A stretch of DNA of 64,000 nucleotides from the human T2T-CHM13v2.0 reference genome, Homo sapiens. The notes under the pieces are model-generated. The model did no database searches and was not told where the DNA came from. It worked only from the letters and a program-made list of their open reading frames with translations. Shown one piece after another: positions 50,784 to 64,000 of the stretch; the stretch's first letter is position 1, and each line of letters starts with the position of its first letter. The position numbers were made by a program, and so were the translations under genes. The stretch lies in NCBI RefSeq assembly GCF_009914755.1, contig NC_060929.1; one strand, given 5' to 3'.

Positions 50784-51072
50784 CTTATTCAGGGCAAACC
50801 TCCACTTGCCTCTAGATCCCATTCCCTTCTGCTTCTTCAAGGCGTCTCTCTCTCTCTTTTTCTTTCTCTCCTGCAATCTTCAATATCCCCCTCTCTATTT
50901 TTCCAGCTAAAAAGGATATTCTAATCCTAAAAATCCCTTTCCTGATATTATAGTCCCTTCACCATACCTAACTTCCCCCCAACTCTTCTGATCCAACTCT
51001 TTGAAGCACATGATGTCCCCTTCTCTTTGCACCCATTCAATCAGGGCAGTATAATTTCTGTTTCCTGCTGAG
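50784..51072 (-). repeat. Right arm of ~285-bp inverted duplication
   Basis: Inverted match to 48233-48516. Confidence 0.9.
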
Positions 51073-51461
51073 CTACTGAAGGTAGGATGAGATGAGAGCA
51101 GAAAGCGCCAATCACCACACCTGATGGTACTCTCTGTTCTCATCTCGCCCTACATTCAGTAGCATTCAAACTGACTGCTCTTTCCTTGAAATCCTTTCCT
51201 TTCTTGGCTTCCATAAAGCAACAGGCTCTGTGTTAACCTCCCACTTCAGTGACTGCACCTGCTTAGTCTCCTCTGCTAGCTCCATGTCCTCTAAGCCATC
51301 TCTGCACTCAGAGCTCAGCCCTACCTGCTCTCTTCTTCTCCATCTACAAATTTTTTCCCGCCCCATGGTTTGAAGTACTACATGGAAAGGACTCCCAAAT
51401 TCATACTTCTGGTTCTGAGGGGCCCCCTGGGTTTCAGCCTTACTTGTGTATCCAAAGCCCT

Positions 51462-51848
51462 TGTTATGGACCAAATGTCTGGCCTTCTCCCCCACCTCCC
51501 TGCCCAAATTCAAATGCTGAAATCCTAACCCTCAATGTGATGGTATTAGGAGTGGGGGCCTTGAGAGGTAATTCGATCTTGAAAATGGAGCCCACATTAA
51601 TGGGATTAGTTTCCTTATTGGGAGAGACCAGAGAGCTAGCTTCCTCTCTCTGTTCTCTACCATGTGAGGATACGATGAGAAGACAGCTGTCTACAAACCA
51701 AGGAGAATGCCCTCACCAGACACTGGATGTGCAGGCACCTTGATCTTGGACTTCCCAGCTTCTAGAACTATGAGAAATAAAATGTTTGTTATTTAAGCCA
51801 CCCAGTCCATGGGGCCTTATGTTATGACAGCCTGAACTGAATAAGATA
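51462..51848 (+). mobile_element. MST/MLT1A-type MaLR LTR
   Basis: TGTTATGGAC...AATGTGATGGTATTAGGAG...TTGGACTTCCCAGCTTCTAGAACTATGAGAAATAAA. Confidence 0.85.
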
Positions 51849-54800
51849 GGCCTGCTTGCCATTTTCCCCCAGTTGTCAAATAGTCATCTCAAAATTAATG
51901 TGACAAAAATGGAAGCCTTGACTTCTGCTCTGCAAGCCTGGTCCTCCTCTCATCCCCTTCATCTCTGTAATAGCACCACCATCTATCTCATGGTTCAAGT
52001 CCAAACCTTACGAATCAACACTCATTCATCTCTTTTCCTTATACCCAAAGTCCTGTTAGCCCTACATCTAAACATGACTCAAATCAATCTGCTTCTCTCC
52101 ATCTCTGTTGCTGCTCTAATCCAAGTGACCATCGATGCTGTGTTATCTCCCCAGGGTCTGGACCAGCGGCTGACACAGCATGTACTCAATAAGTAGTTGA
52201 TGAAGAAATGAAGAAATTAATATGAAATTTTTTTCTATTTGAAGTTGTCAGTTTACCATTTTCATAGGAGAGTAATGGAAAGCCAGCCAAACTATTTTAC
52301 AGCAGAACTCAGAGACCTCAAGGAAAATTTAGAAGTCAGTAAAGTGTGTATCTTAATACCCCCAAATGCCAGTCCTGCTTTTGTTCCCATGGGGACCCTT
52401 CTATTCCTCTGCCATCTTCATAATTTCTCAGAGTAAAAACCTACCCTGAAGAAAGGGGCTGGAATTCCTCACACAGAAATATAAATCAATGATAGCCACT
52501 TCAACGAGTGTCCTCACAGAGCATTTGGGAGCAAGACTTTACAATGAAGGAAGAAAGTTAAAGCAAGTCAGTGGATTGACAGCAGCCAGTGGGGATTTCT
52601 TCTGTTTCTTCTGACAGGCAGCTCTGGAGACTCAAGGCCATACGAGGTACTTCCTTCAGCCAAGGTTAGATGCAGGATTAGTCCATTAGTCCAATCCATA
52701 CAGATGTTCATCGTAGGCCACACAGTAACAGGAGCAGTTGCGAAAACTGCGGGAGCTGACATTCTGAATGACACAGGGTTTCTCTCATTCTTCTAGCCCT
52801 GTAACCCCATCATCCCTCCTTCCTATTTAGTAATGGGGTGACAGCTTCTATTTTTACAAAATAGAAAGAATAAGTTCTGACTCAAGAACCCATGGAATAA
52901 GGAGTGAATTTCCTTCCTGCTTCTCTTCCTTTCCTATCAGTGAGTCAGGACGAAAAGCCAAGTCTCTGAAACCAAAGCCCTTAGCCACCACATTATGCTA
53001 CCTCCCATACCCTGAGTCAAGGTAAATACAAGGTACTGTAGGTACCTGCACTGTGCCCGGTACCTACAAGGCATCTGTCATGCTCAGCTGCTGGGTAAAC
53101 GGCGTCTGATGCAGCAGTAGCCCAGAAACAGCTGTGGCGTGTCCACATCCTCTGTCCAGGGAGGTTGCAGCTCATGGCTCATCATTAAACCTTTCTCAGA
53201 AGCCAAGAGACCCTCCTGACTGTGACTCACTGTATCAGACAGTTGCTTCACAGAACACAGTCCAGCCTCCCTCCTCCTCAGAAAGCCTGTATTGCAAAAT
53301 GAGGCTTTTGAACAAAACGTCTTCACCAGCTCCCCGTCCTGCGTTACCATCGAGCAGCTGCTGCTTGCACTGCTGCAAACTAGCCTAAGTCCATTTGGCC
53401 ATTCAGCAAACATCAGGCTATTTTTCTGGTAAATATCAAAAGCTGATGATCCTCTGGAGGTTCTAAGTGGGTGGAGTTAGACGTTCCCTTCACCACACTC
53501 TCACCATCAGGTGCAGAACAACAAAAGGGGCAAATTCCACCTAAAGTCACAATTCAGTCCCACAGCCTGCATGTAGCAGAAGAGGTCCCACTCTCTGCCT
53601 TAGCTGCACAATCACCCCTTACATGAAAGGCACATTCCAGGGTGAGTGAATGCTCATCTTTGTAGTCAAATTGGTGACAAAAATCCTCCATGAAGCCCGT
53701 GAAAGAAGAAGCCAAGGAATTTTCAACCTGGAAAGCAGTCGTTAAAGTCCTGGGCTGACCAGATTCTTAACCTTCATTCACATATGCCACTGAATGTTCG
53801 TGAAAGGACAGTGAGTCCTGTACTAAGCTTCCATGAATTTCAGCACTTAAAATTATTTCTGACATCCCTTCTGCTAACTTACTAATGCTCTCAGGCTTTA
53901 TTTCAGTAAGTGCCAAGAAATTCGCTTTTGAGGTTTAAGTTTCTGTTTAGGATTCTGCATAGCTAATTAATAACCTCATGATTTCAAAGACTATTAATCA
54001 CCTCTAAAATGATGGATTTAACTTGTACACAAAAATTATATAGTTTATACAAATTACGTTATTTGTTATTGTTGCTTTATTATATATATTAAAGTGTATA
54101 ACATGGTGTTTTGATATACTTATCTTGATACACGTATGCATAGTGAAGTGATTCCTACAATCAAATGAGGTAACATGCCCATCATCTTTGTTACCTTTCT
54201 TTTTCTTTTTTGTTTGTGATAAGTACCTAAAATCTGCTATCTATCTTAAACACATTATTTTAAAGTAAATTAACCTACAGGCCGTAGAACATTGAATGTC
54301 TGCTGTTAAAATAGGAATAAACACTAATGTTTCTCACTTCTGGGTAGCCCTCATCTTCCTTCCAAAATAAAGCAATTGGCATTCTCTCTTTCTCTCCCCC
54401 TCTCTCTGGCACGCGTACACATGCACACACACAGATTTTCAACACACTTCTCTGCTTGAATTGGAAGAGACTGGGAAAATTAGACAACAGCTGTGTACTT
54501 CCAAGAAGTCTCCTATTTCTCTGGCTCAGCACAACTTGTGATTTAGTTCATTTGCTCACTGTGCAGCATTTCTCAGAAACCACAAAGAACATGAATGCAG
54601 GTGGCATGACTGGAAGGCTCAGAAAGTGCTCTGTGGTCTCTGTATGAGTTTGAGGTTTCAGATTCTACAGATGGCACATGTGAAACTGACACTTCACTGC
54701 ACTGCATCTCTGGCTCTGTAATTGAGGGGCAGCTGCTTCCTGGTAATGCAATAAAACCCAAGGGCCCAAAAGAAAGGCTTAGAATACTCCTCTCCCCTGC

Positions 54801-55894
54801 CCTCAACTCCCAAGTGCCTTTCCACCAAACTGCTGTGTGGGAAAGTCACCTCTCCAGCCTTGTCACTCCCGTACACCTTATACTCTTCTCAACTTTCATT
54901 ACACCCTGCGGGGTGACCTGGTGATTTGAGTGCCTGTATCTTTATTAGTCATAAAATTATGTCTAATATTCTAGATGGCCCCATGGCACCTTGCATAGTT
55001 TAGGTTCTTCACAAATATTTGTTTCCATTTTACCTATAGCTCATTCATTCATTCATTTATTCAATGATTTTTGGACTCAGGGTAGAATATTCAAAGGTAT
55101 ATTCAAGGGGGGAGGATTTCAAGGTGGATTCATTTTTTAGCATTAAGTTCTGCTTAATGGTGGTTTTGTTTCAAGTATCCAGATGCAGCATTAGAGGTTA
55201 GAGACTAAAGACAAGGATAACTTTATGGGAAGTTGGTCAAGCTCAAAGCTATCATACCTCTTTCCAAACATGTCTCTTGGATAGATAAGAAAAATACTAA
55301 TGGTAATGACAGCAACAAAAACAGGACGATTAGCATTTCAGGAGTGTTTACTTTTTTCAGGCACTGCTGTAAGTGCTTTACTCGCTCCACACAGTTGCTT
55401 TATGAGGGAAACACTATTAATGTCCTCCATTTTACAGATAACATGGTGCCTGGCATCCTGCTGCTAGAGATTAGTATTTAGCAAGTTTAGACAATACCCT
55501 CTGTCAGGCCATTCCCTCCTTTTAAATGTGCACATCCCTCAGCATGATGATCCCCTGCAGTAGTCCAGGTGACAAACACGCCTTAGTGTAAAGCAGTTTA
55601 CAAAATGCCTCACTTCCTGGTAATCTGCACTCTTGGAGGATTTGGAGGAGGAGCTCTGAAAAGAGGGGATGGAATGGCTGCAGAGAGAGAAGGTGGGATG
55701 GACACCTATATCATATTGGATAGACTTGATCAAAGCCACCTAGGCTGGGAATCCTGTAGCTGGGGTTTAACTGGAAAATGAATAGAGACTTGGCCAAAGC
55801 AATTTTTGTTTCTTTCTAATGCTGTGTCCATTGACTCCAGGCCAAACAAGAATCTTTTGGGAAAGGGCGTTTGAGCCATAGAACAATGGACTGA

Positions 55895-56108
55895 CTGATG
55901 TCAATCAAGGTCAGTTTTGCCTTCCAGGGACATTTGGCACTATCTGGAGATATTTTTCATAGTCATCACTGGGTGGTCAGGTGTTACTGGCATCTAGTGG
56001 TTAGGGGTCAGATAGGCTGCTAAACATCCTACAGTGCACAGGACAGCCCCCTTATCATGAAGATTATCTGGGCCAAAATATCAATAGTACTGAAGTTGAG
56101 AAACTCTG
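55895..56108. mobile_element. MER20 DNA transposon
   Basis: GGGACATTTGGCACTATCTGGAGA...GCTAAACATCCTACAGTGCACAGGACAGCCCC...TTGAGAAACTCTG. Confidence 0.85.
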
Positions 56109-58494
56109 CAACACATTAAAAAGGTGCATCTGTACCATTGGAATTTGAGTCTGGGCTTCTGAGCAGTGATGACTGCAGAGGGGCACCCTCCAGTGGCCAG
56201 TATGAATCATGAGCCTAAATCCCAAAGAGTGACTCCAGTTCTCTATCCTTTCCCTGGTTATTTGCTCAGCCTTCCATGGAAGAGCTAGCAGGGATGTCCT
56301 GTCCTTTCTGTCCCCTCCTCCCAGGCACACACATTTATGAAAGTATGGCGCACGAGCCTTCACCCTTCATGATGAAACTCCTCCAATCTTCCAGTGGATT
56401 TTCACTTTATGCAATTAATCTTATGTGAACAAAAAATAAAAAATAAAAAAAAAGGAGAAGGTACACAGTTCCCTTCCCTGAAGAGGGAACATGAGAATCA
56501 GGGAACTCTTTATCTTTCACACCGACTAAACACACCTGAATTTGTGTTTTCTCTTTGTTGACTCTTTTGGCTTCTTTTCATCTGCATTCAATGTGGTCAC
56601 CTGTAAGGCCATAGCCAGCAAAGTGGTATCTTCATTGCTCTCCCGGGAATGTTAATGAGCTTAGCAACAACAAAATCCTTCTGATTTACTAAACCAGTGC
56701 ACCTCCTGACTTGTGCATAAACCTCCATGACATTGCATTGAAATTGATGCTCCATTATCAAAGCAATGATAATTTGAAAGGTTTCTTTCTCATTTCTGTA
56801 GTTTTTAAGCTCTTAGATAATTGCTTTGACTCTTCTGTGGGATCTGTATAAAATGCCAAAGTTAGTGAGAAGGTGTAAGCGTGAGAGTCACTCCAGGTCC
56901 CTCCCGTGACTGACATTGTCAGAAGCAATTTGCCCTCCCAGACTTCAGATGGTGTCTGCATGTACCAAGCCAGGTGTGTGCTGACTTTTAATCAGGCCAC
57001 TCAGCCTAGTTGACTGAGGGAGATGCAGATCCTCCCAGCCTCTCAGGGAGGATTCTTTGACCAAGTGACTAATAAAACACCCATGCAACAGATGTTGGAC
57101 TACCCACAGCCTGTGGCTCTCCTACCTCTCACATAGGCCACCTCACTCCTACTGAACTGGGGAATGTGAGGAGGTCTCATGAATGGTTTGCCAGCCTGTG
57201 GGAAGCTCTGAATCCATCCACTAGAACACTTCAAAGATTTTGTGTTCAAAGTCACCCTGGAAAAACAATCACCAAAGTGGTTCATTCATCCCACCAGTAA
57301 CTTGATCACTGATGCTTCAGAGGAAACCAAAGAATTCAGCACTATTTACTACCTTGTGAAGTATAAATCACTGCGCCTTCTTAAAACTGTATGTGTAGGA
57401 AAACGAAGGCCAGAACATGCTTAGTTTCAAAGCATTTTTTTACCTAGTTTCTCAAGCCCCCTCCCTTGTTCAAACATCAACTCAGCAGGAATGACTGATT
57501 CTAAGAGTGCACCCACCCTTCCCATGAGAACGTTCTGAGAAATCATCCACCGGCCGTGCCATGTAGCATCACCGCATGCCTCTAAGTTTCCTTCTCATGG
57601 CAGCAGGAGGCAAGAAACATCTTGAACCTTCAGGGATTGAAGACTAATAAGGAGGAATTTGCATTGTCATCTTTAAAAATAATAAACCTAACTGATTGCT
57701 TTAATGTTTCAAAAAAAAATTTATCCTGCTTCTAAGAAACAAAACTTCTGAAAAGACTGCCATGAGATTGAAAATCTTGCAATGGAATGTGCCGCTTGAG
57801 GGCGCCATTAGGCTTTGAGAAAATAACTGTCTGCTACTTTAAGTGCTGTCTTTGGAGCCAGCCCTGTGTCCAGCAAGCTCTATGAAATAAAACTGAATTT
57901 AGATCTCACTTCTAGGAAAATGAAGGGAAACAGGAATCTAGTCTCTTTAAACTCAAGTGACATTAACCAAAATTCGGTTGACAAGTTCTAAATTCCCTTG
58001 TACAAAGCTGTCTTTACCAGCCAAATGAAATAAAAAGTGATACTGTGCTAAAAGATGCCCTGTGTATTTTTGTAGGATTGACAGTTGCTTAAGATCAACA
58101 TTCCAATGTGAAATGAGAAAAATAGTGGGAATAAATTGCATAACAGAAATCTCCTGATTTAAAACTGGAAACCTAAGCTGTTTGGGTTCCATGGGGAAAA
58201 CTGCTTTACTTGGGTGTTTGACACTCCCAGAGAAGGAAAAGCTGATATGTAACTCGGCTTTTTTATCAGGCTTTGTTTGTCCAACACAGGTCCTACTTTC
58301 AACAAAGCGTAGTAGAAAATGACACAGAGGGTTGAAATTCCCAAGTATTGCAGAAGGAGGTTTGTGGAAGATCACAAATCAATTTGTAATTCAATAGAGT
58401 ATTTAACAAAGCTAAACCTTCAGTACAGAATTTGCTGAATGAGACAGTCAATGAGAAAATAGACTACAACAGAGAGTTGAAGATAACAGACTAC

Positions 58495-58712
58495 CAGGAG
58501 CGTCCAATCTTTTGGCTTCCCTGGGCCACATTGGAAGAAGAAGGGTTGTCTTGGGCCACACATAAAATACACTAACACTAACAATACCTGACAAGCTAAA
58601 AAAATAATAATAAGAGAAAGAAAGTCTCATAATGTTTAAGAAAGTTTACAAGTTTGTACTGGGCCAATTTCAAAGCTGTCCTGGGCTGCATGTGGGCGGG
58701 TTGGACAAGCTT
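58495..58712. mobile_element. MER30 DNA transposon
   Basis: CAGGAGCGTCCAATCTTTTGGCTTCCCTGGGCCAC...GGTTGGACAAGCTT, with AGACTAC on both flanks. Confidence 0.88.
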
Positions 58713-61700
58713 AGACTACAGCATCATTGATCCAAATTGGAATTTCTTCTCTCTGCCTTCCACCTATCTCAATCTATCCAATCTTCAGTACACAGTGTGA
58801 GTTTCACGGTTCCCATAGAAACTCCTTTTATTCTTCCAAATATATTGTTCTAATTGTTTTATATGACTCTAGTCTCTCCCATTCAACTTAAAAGACACTT
58901 AAAAGCAGGAGACAAATATTATATCTTTCTTATCTTCTATTGCCCAGTCCATGGACCTATCAGGTATATAATAAATACTTTCAGATTTACTAATTAATCT
59001 AAAAAGATATAAGAAGAGAAAAAAAATTTTTTTTCCTACCATTTGCTTATCTTTAAGAGAAGATTAGATGATTTCTATTAGTAAAAATGCTTAAGGATGT
59101 CAAAAACTCAAAAAGAGATGTGGGTTAAAATTTACTAACATACATGCATCACATTCCTTGTATCAAGGCATTTTTTATGGTAAATTACCATGCAGACAAT
59201 ACAATAATGTAAGACCTGTGTTTTAGGCAAATGAACCTAGTGGCACTGTGAAAGGTAGATCAGAAGGGGGAGACAGTGACATCTAATATTAGTTACTGTT
59301 CGTCAAATGCCAAGTCTGTGCAAGCCACTTTATATTTATAGTCGTTAAGCTTCGGAAAACTTGCTTGGAGAAAAGTAAGCAACCCACTCAAAGGCCTGAA
59401 GGGAATGAATGACAGAACTGAGAGTCAAGCCCTGATGTAAGTGAATCCAGAGATGTGGTCCTTGCACTACAGTGAGTTCTGTCTTCCGGGAAAATGGCTG
59501 CAGGTCTGTTAAGCTGCAGACCAAGGAAGCACTCAGCCAGAGCTGGGATGCAATAGCAACCTGACAGGGCTCGGGCCCTCTTCCAGGTCAGCATTTGCGG
59601 GTGGTGTGAGCACCAGCCCCTTCTGTGGTGTGATCAGGGAAATGGGGGCCATGCCTTGAGGTGGCTGCTTGGTGACCAGCTTGGTGCTTGCCTCTCTCAC
59701 TATGGTCTCATCTCATTATTAGCTAACTGCCTAGGGGACTGGGGTTGTATTTGACTCCTTGCACTTCCAGCAGTGCCTTGCATATAACAGCTACTCGGGA
59801 TTTGTGGAATTGAGTCTTGAGGAGCGAGATAAGGGAAGTCTAACTACAGTTATGGCAGTAGAATTAGAAAGGAATTAGAAAAGATTAGATTCAAATGGCG
59901 ACGAGGAAATAATCTTTAGAAATGTATCAACTATTCTATATGGAGAGTAAGGAAGACTCATAGGATTCTAAAGAGCTATATCCAGAAAAAAATAAGAAGA
60001 GAGCTGGTTAGGGTGGGTGTAGTGTTAGAGGGTGCTAGTTTGGGGCATGATAAAGTTGGAGCTCTGCGAAGCCATTCAGGTGGAGTGGTCCAGTAGTGGT
60101 TTAACACCATCAGGCTGGCCCTTGGGAGAGTGATCAACTGGAAATATTGATTTGGGAAGTTGTCCTACCCATCCTGTTTGCTGTGCCTTAAAAATAATCC
60201 AGAATCTGACTATTAACCCTGCTACCCTGGTCCAAGCCACCACTGTGTATTGTCCTGATTATGGTAGATGCCTCTTAACTGGTTTGGCTGTTTCTGTTTT
60301 TGCAACACCACCCTCTCCTCCAAGTCTATTCTCAACACAGCAGGTAACATGATCTTTTTAAACATAATTCAGATCTCTCTTCAGCTAAAACCCTGCCATC
60401 CACCGTCCCCACCCAAACCCCCCACCAAACACACACTCAGAGAAAAAGTCCTGATGAAGACTTGAACAGCCCATCCAGTGGGCACTGGCACAACCTCTGT
60501 AACACACTCCTAATTTTCAGAACTCTTCTTCCACCACTGTCTCTTCTCGGGCTCTCTTGGCTCCAGCAGCATCAGCCTCCTGGCTGCACTGCAAACCCTC
60601 CAGCCTCACCCCACCCATTGTGAGGTGTAACCTACAAGCCCTCACTGTAACCTCTGCCTGGAAAGCTTCCCTCCCCTAATCTTCATGGTTCATGCTCTTC
60701 CCTACTCTAGGGCTTTGCTTAAATGTCATTTTCTCCTTGAAGGCTTCTCTAATCCTCTCTTTAAAATGTCAGTGACCCCACCCCTCACTGGCTCTTTTTC
60801 CCCTGCTTTCCTTTCCTCCCCAGCTCTCCTCCCCTCTGACATTCTATGTATTTTGTTTACTTGTGTATAGTCCACCTCCTGCAAGCTAGAAGTTCCATGA
60901 GGACAGGAATGTATATGTTTTTTCAGCAAGCACTAAGAACAGCATCTGGCACACAGTGGGCAGTTAGTAAATATTTGTTGAATGAGTGTTGAATTATTGA
61001 GCCCGTACAGACTAACAGCTGTAACTATAGCACTGCCAGGGGCAAGAACATAATGAGAGAAAGGGACAGGGCACCAACCTTGGACACAGAGAGGCTGGGT
61101 GGGTGGTTCACCCAGGGTCACACAGCCAAGCTGGGGGATAAACCCATCCTCTGACTCCTGAGGCCAGTCTTTGGCCAAGACATTAAGCAGCCTCATCTCC
61201 TAGAAACTGGCAGCCCCAGTGAGGGTGACAGAGGTAAAAGGAGAAAGCAGCATGAACCATTAGTGAGCAAATGTCAGATCCTAGATGCCTTTGGAAAAAG
61301 GAGAGGATTATTTTTCAGTCTGTGGCAATGGGCACTGCTAAGGACCTCGTGATTTTGCTTGTGGATGCTGAATCACAGATTAGTATTTTATTATCATTGT
61401 AGCCCTGTTGGACCTCTTAGGGAAACAAAGATTGCTTTAAAATAAGAATTAAACTAATCCCTACATGTGAATTGTCAATAGAACACTAGGTAATTTCTTG
61501 GAACATGTTAACAACTTACTAAATTGTACCCTGGCAGCATCAAAAGCTCAATATATTTTCTCCAGGAACTTCAGCTGCAACCAGAGATGTCGAACAGGCC
61601 TTGGGTTAGTACTGCTTGATGATGCAGTGACTATCCTGTTTCACCTGACTTTCCCCTAAGACACTTCTGATTATTTGCCTGGAATTATGACTGTACATTC

Positions 61701-62719
61701 AAGGTGGCCATGTGTCTTGAATCATGAGATGTGGCCCATTACCCTCTGTACAAACCCACAAGATTATTTCACAAGATATCAGCCCACCATTGAGTCCCTG
61801 GAAAACTGGTTCATTGAAAGAGAGATGTGTGGTTAATTGCCTGTGGCACTCCAAATACAGCTTCAGACTCAGTGTTCAGCCAACTCGCGAGATTCCACTG
61901 CAAATATCTGCTGATTGGCTCTGTAGTCAGGCAGTAAATTGGAAAGCCAAAGAGTAGAGCCAGATGGGTGGAAAATAATTGTCCACTCCTCAGTGAATCT
62001 AGACATGAGAAGACCTCCCAAGAGCATCATCAGGAAAATGGCTGAATCCTTGCATTCCTCAACAGCCCTTTCATGCACTGACCTTCAATTGTGAGATGAC
62101 CTTTGATGATGATCATCCTCTTCACTGCCATCGTCTGCATCCACAGAAGCAGAAAGTCTTCATTAAGTTTCCACTGTCTGCAGTGCTGTTCTGACCACCA
62201 ACCAAGTACCTTGTTCAGGGGCCCCAGCCTTTTTGTGTTTACCTCCTAAGTTAAAATCATTGGCTACAGCTGAAGCTGCTTTTTCACAGACATCAGCCTC
62301 CATCTGGCTGGTGTATTTTGTTGCAGTTGTTGTTTTAACCTTTTCAATATCATGATTCATGCTTGTATGAGACACAGGCTACTTTGGATTCTCTGACCAG
62401 AAAGAAAAATAAGATAAGTATTTGAATAGTATTTTCATGAATATAAATCACTTTATTCTTTACAACAACTCTTTAAAGGGACAGGCATATTTTTTTCAAT
62501 TTATACATGATGAAACTGAATCCCAGATAAGGCATATGACTTACAGATTTATAATCTTAGCTAAGTGGTAGGGTCCATGTTTGATAACTTAAAAATATCT
62601 CAGAGAGCCTGAACATTTCTAGAAGCAGTCTCTAGTGGCTGGAAAAGAAAAAGAGAGTGCAGGGCATGGTGTTCTTTGTTCCTCCATGAGCTTTCAACTT
62701 AAAAGATATTGTTGACACT

Positions 62720-62743
<24 letters not shown>
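62720..62743. repeat. (TG)n microsatellite
   Basis: About 12 TG units. Confidence 0.9.
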
Positions 62744-62750
<7 letters not shown>

Positions 62751-63749
62751 ATGAGACAGAGATGGAGAATAAGAATGAGTCCACCGTGTATGCTGATTCA
62801 AAAAGGAGACTGAACTCAGGGGAAATGAAAAAGCCACATACCCAGGACCAAAGAAAAGGCTGGTCACAGGACCCCTGCTTACAAAGCCCACGGGACCCTG
62901 ACTGAATGGGAACATCAAGTACCCTGAGGAGCCCCGAGAATCAGAGCAGAATCTAGACTTGGAAGGGAAAGACTATTGGACTAGAAAGAAAGGAAACAAC
63001 CACACAGCCATTTCAAACTCCTGAATAGGCCCTGATTGTGGAAGGAGAGAGAGAACAAGGAGTGCCTGGAAACAGCTGCACAGCGCACCTGGCCTCTGGG
63101 AGACTGTGTGAGGCCATCTTACTTCAGCTCTGCAGAGCTGGGCCCCAATGCCTTAGGCCTGAGTGGAGATCTCTGCAGCTCTTCCCACTGCCTCTGCCTG
63201 ACCCCCACCCCCCTCCACAGACCCTCTCACCTGGCTAAGCTCTAGTCCTCATCCAGCCTTAACCTAAAGTCTACTACCTCAGAGAAACCTTCCCATTTTT
63301 TGCTCCCTGTACCTCCCTTTTTATGACACTCACCATATTTGTAATTTCTTCTCTGGCTTCCCCCCTAGAGTCTCAGATCCATTTGAGCAGGTCCTGTCTC
63401 TGAAGTCCAGGGCTCTGCCTCCAGCTCCTAGGAAAGTACCCGGCACAAAGAAGAGGCTCCATAACTATTTTTTAATTGCATTGAAATGAAGATTTGGGAT
63501 TTGCTTGAATGGAGTCAGCAAATGCCATCATCAGAGGATGCTATTTCAGAAGAGAAAAATAGAAAGGAGGTGTGCTCCTAAGGGCTCCTGCCTTGGAGGT
63601 ATTACTAGTGCTACTGCCCCTCTGAAATTTCTATTTGCTTTGGTTAGCTTTGCACTGTTGTCATTATTCTGGGGATTAATATCAAGAATATGGACCAGAT
63701 TGTCTTCCCTTCAGAGGCTATTGGGGCATACCCCATGTTGCAGAAAGAT

Positions 63750-64000
63750 CTCTTGCTCTGTAACAAACCACCCAAAAACTCACTAGTTAAAACAATAATG
63801 ATATATTCTTTCTCACAAGTCTGCATGTCCGGTTTTGAGTTAAGACTTGGTTGAGCAATTCTGTTCTGCAAGGCATTGGCTGGAGTCACTGACTCAGCTG
63901 CCCTCTGCTGCAGGTGGGCTGAGCTAGAGGACTTCACTCCCATGTCTGGTCCCTCCATGTGGACTCTTGCTTTCCATATAGTCACTCCTCCTACAGTGGT
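63750..64000 (-). mobile_element. MLT1-family LTR (partial)
   Basis: TGTAACAAACCACCCAAAAACTCACTAGTTAAAACAA...GCTGGAGTCACT motifs. Confidence 0.65.

Noticed and set aside
36200-64000. Numerous 60-140 aa ORFs
   Set aside because: No recognisable homology or coherent exon structure. They are mostly in MIR, L2, MaLR or unique intergenic sequence.

Overview
Primate (human-like) genomic DNA carrying the 5' five exons of a disabled, intron-containing CSPG4/NG2 paralogue on the minus strand, most likely CSPG4B/CSPG4BP. Exon 1 (35713-35782) encodes a signal peptide inside a CpG island. The other exons are exon 2 (24034-24197, missed by the ORF track), a giant exon 3 (20125-23686, laminin-G domains plus CSPG repeats, many stops and frameshifts), exon 4 (18227-18699) and exon 5 (8215-8391). 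The introns hold two antisense retrocopies: a TSD-bounded ZNF561-like copy lacking the KRAB-A exon, and an Alu-TSTD3 fusion. They also hold solo LTR12C and MER11 LTRs. From about 36 kb to 64 kb the sequence is repeat-rich and intergenic, with an unusual ~285-bp inverted duplication and an AP-1 site cluster. No intact full-length protein-coding gene was found. Gene and repeat names come from recognition, not from a database search.
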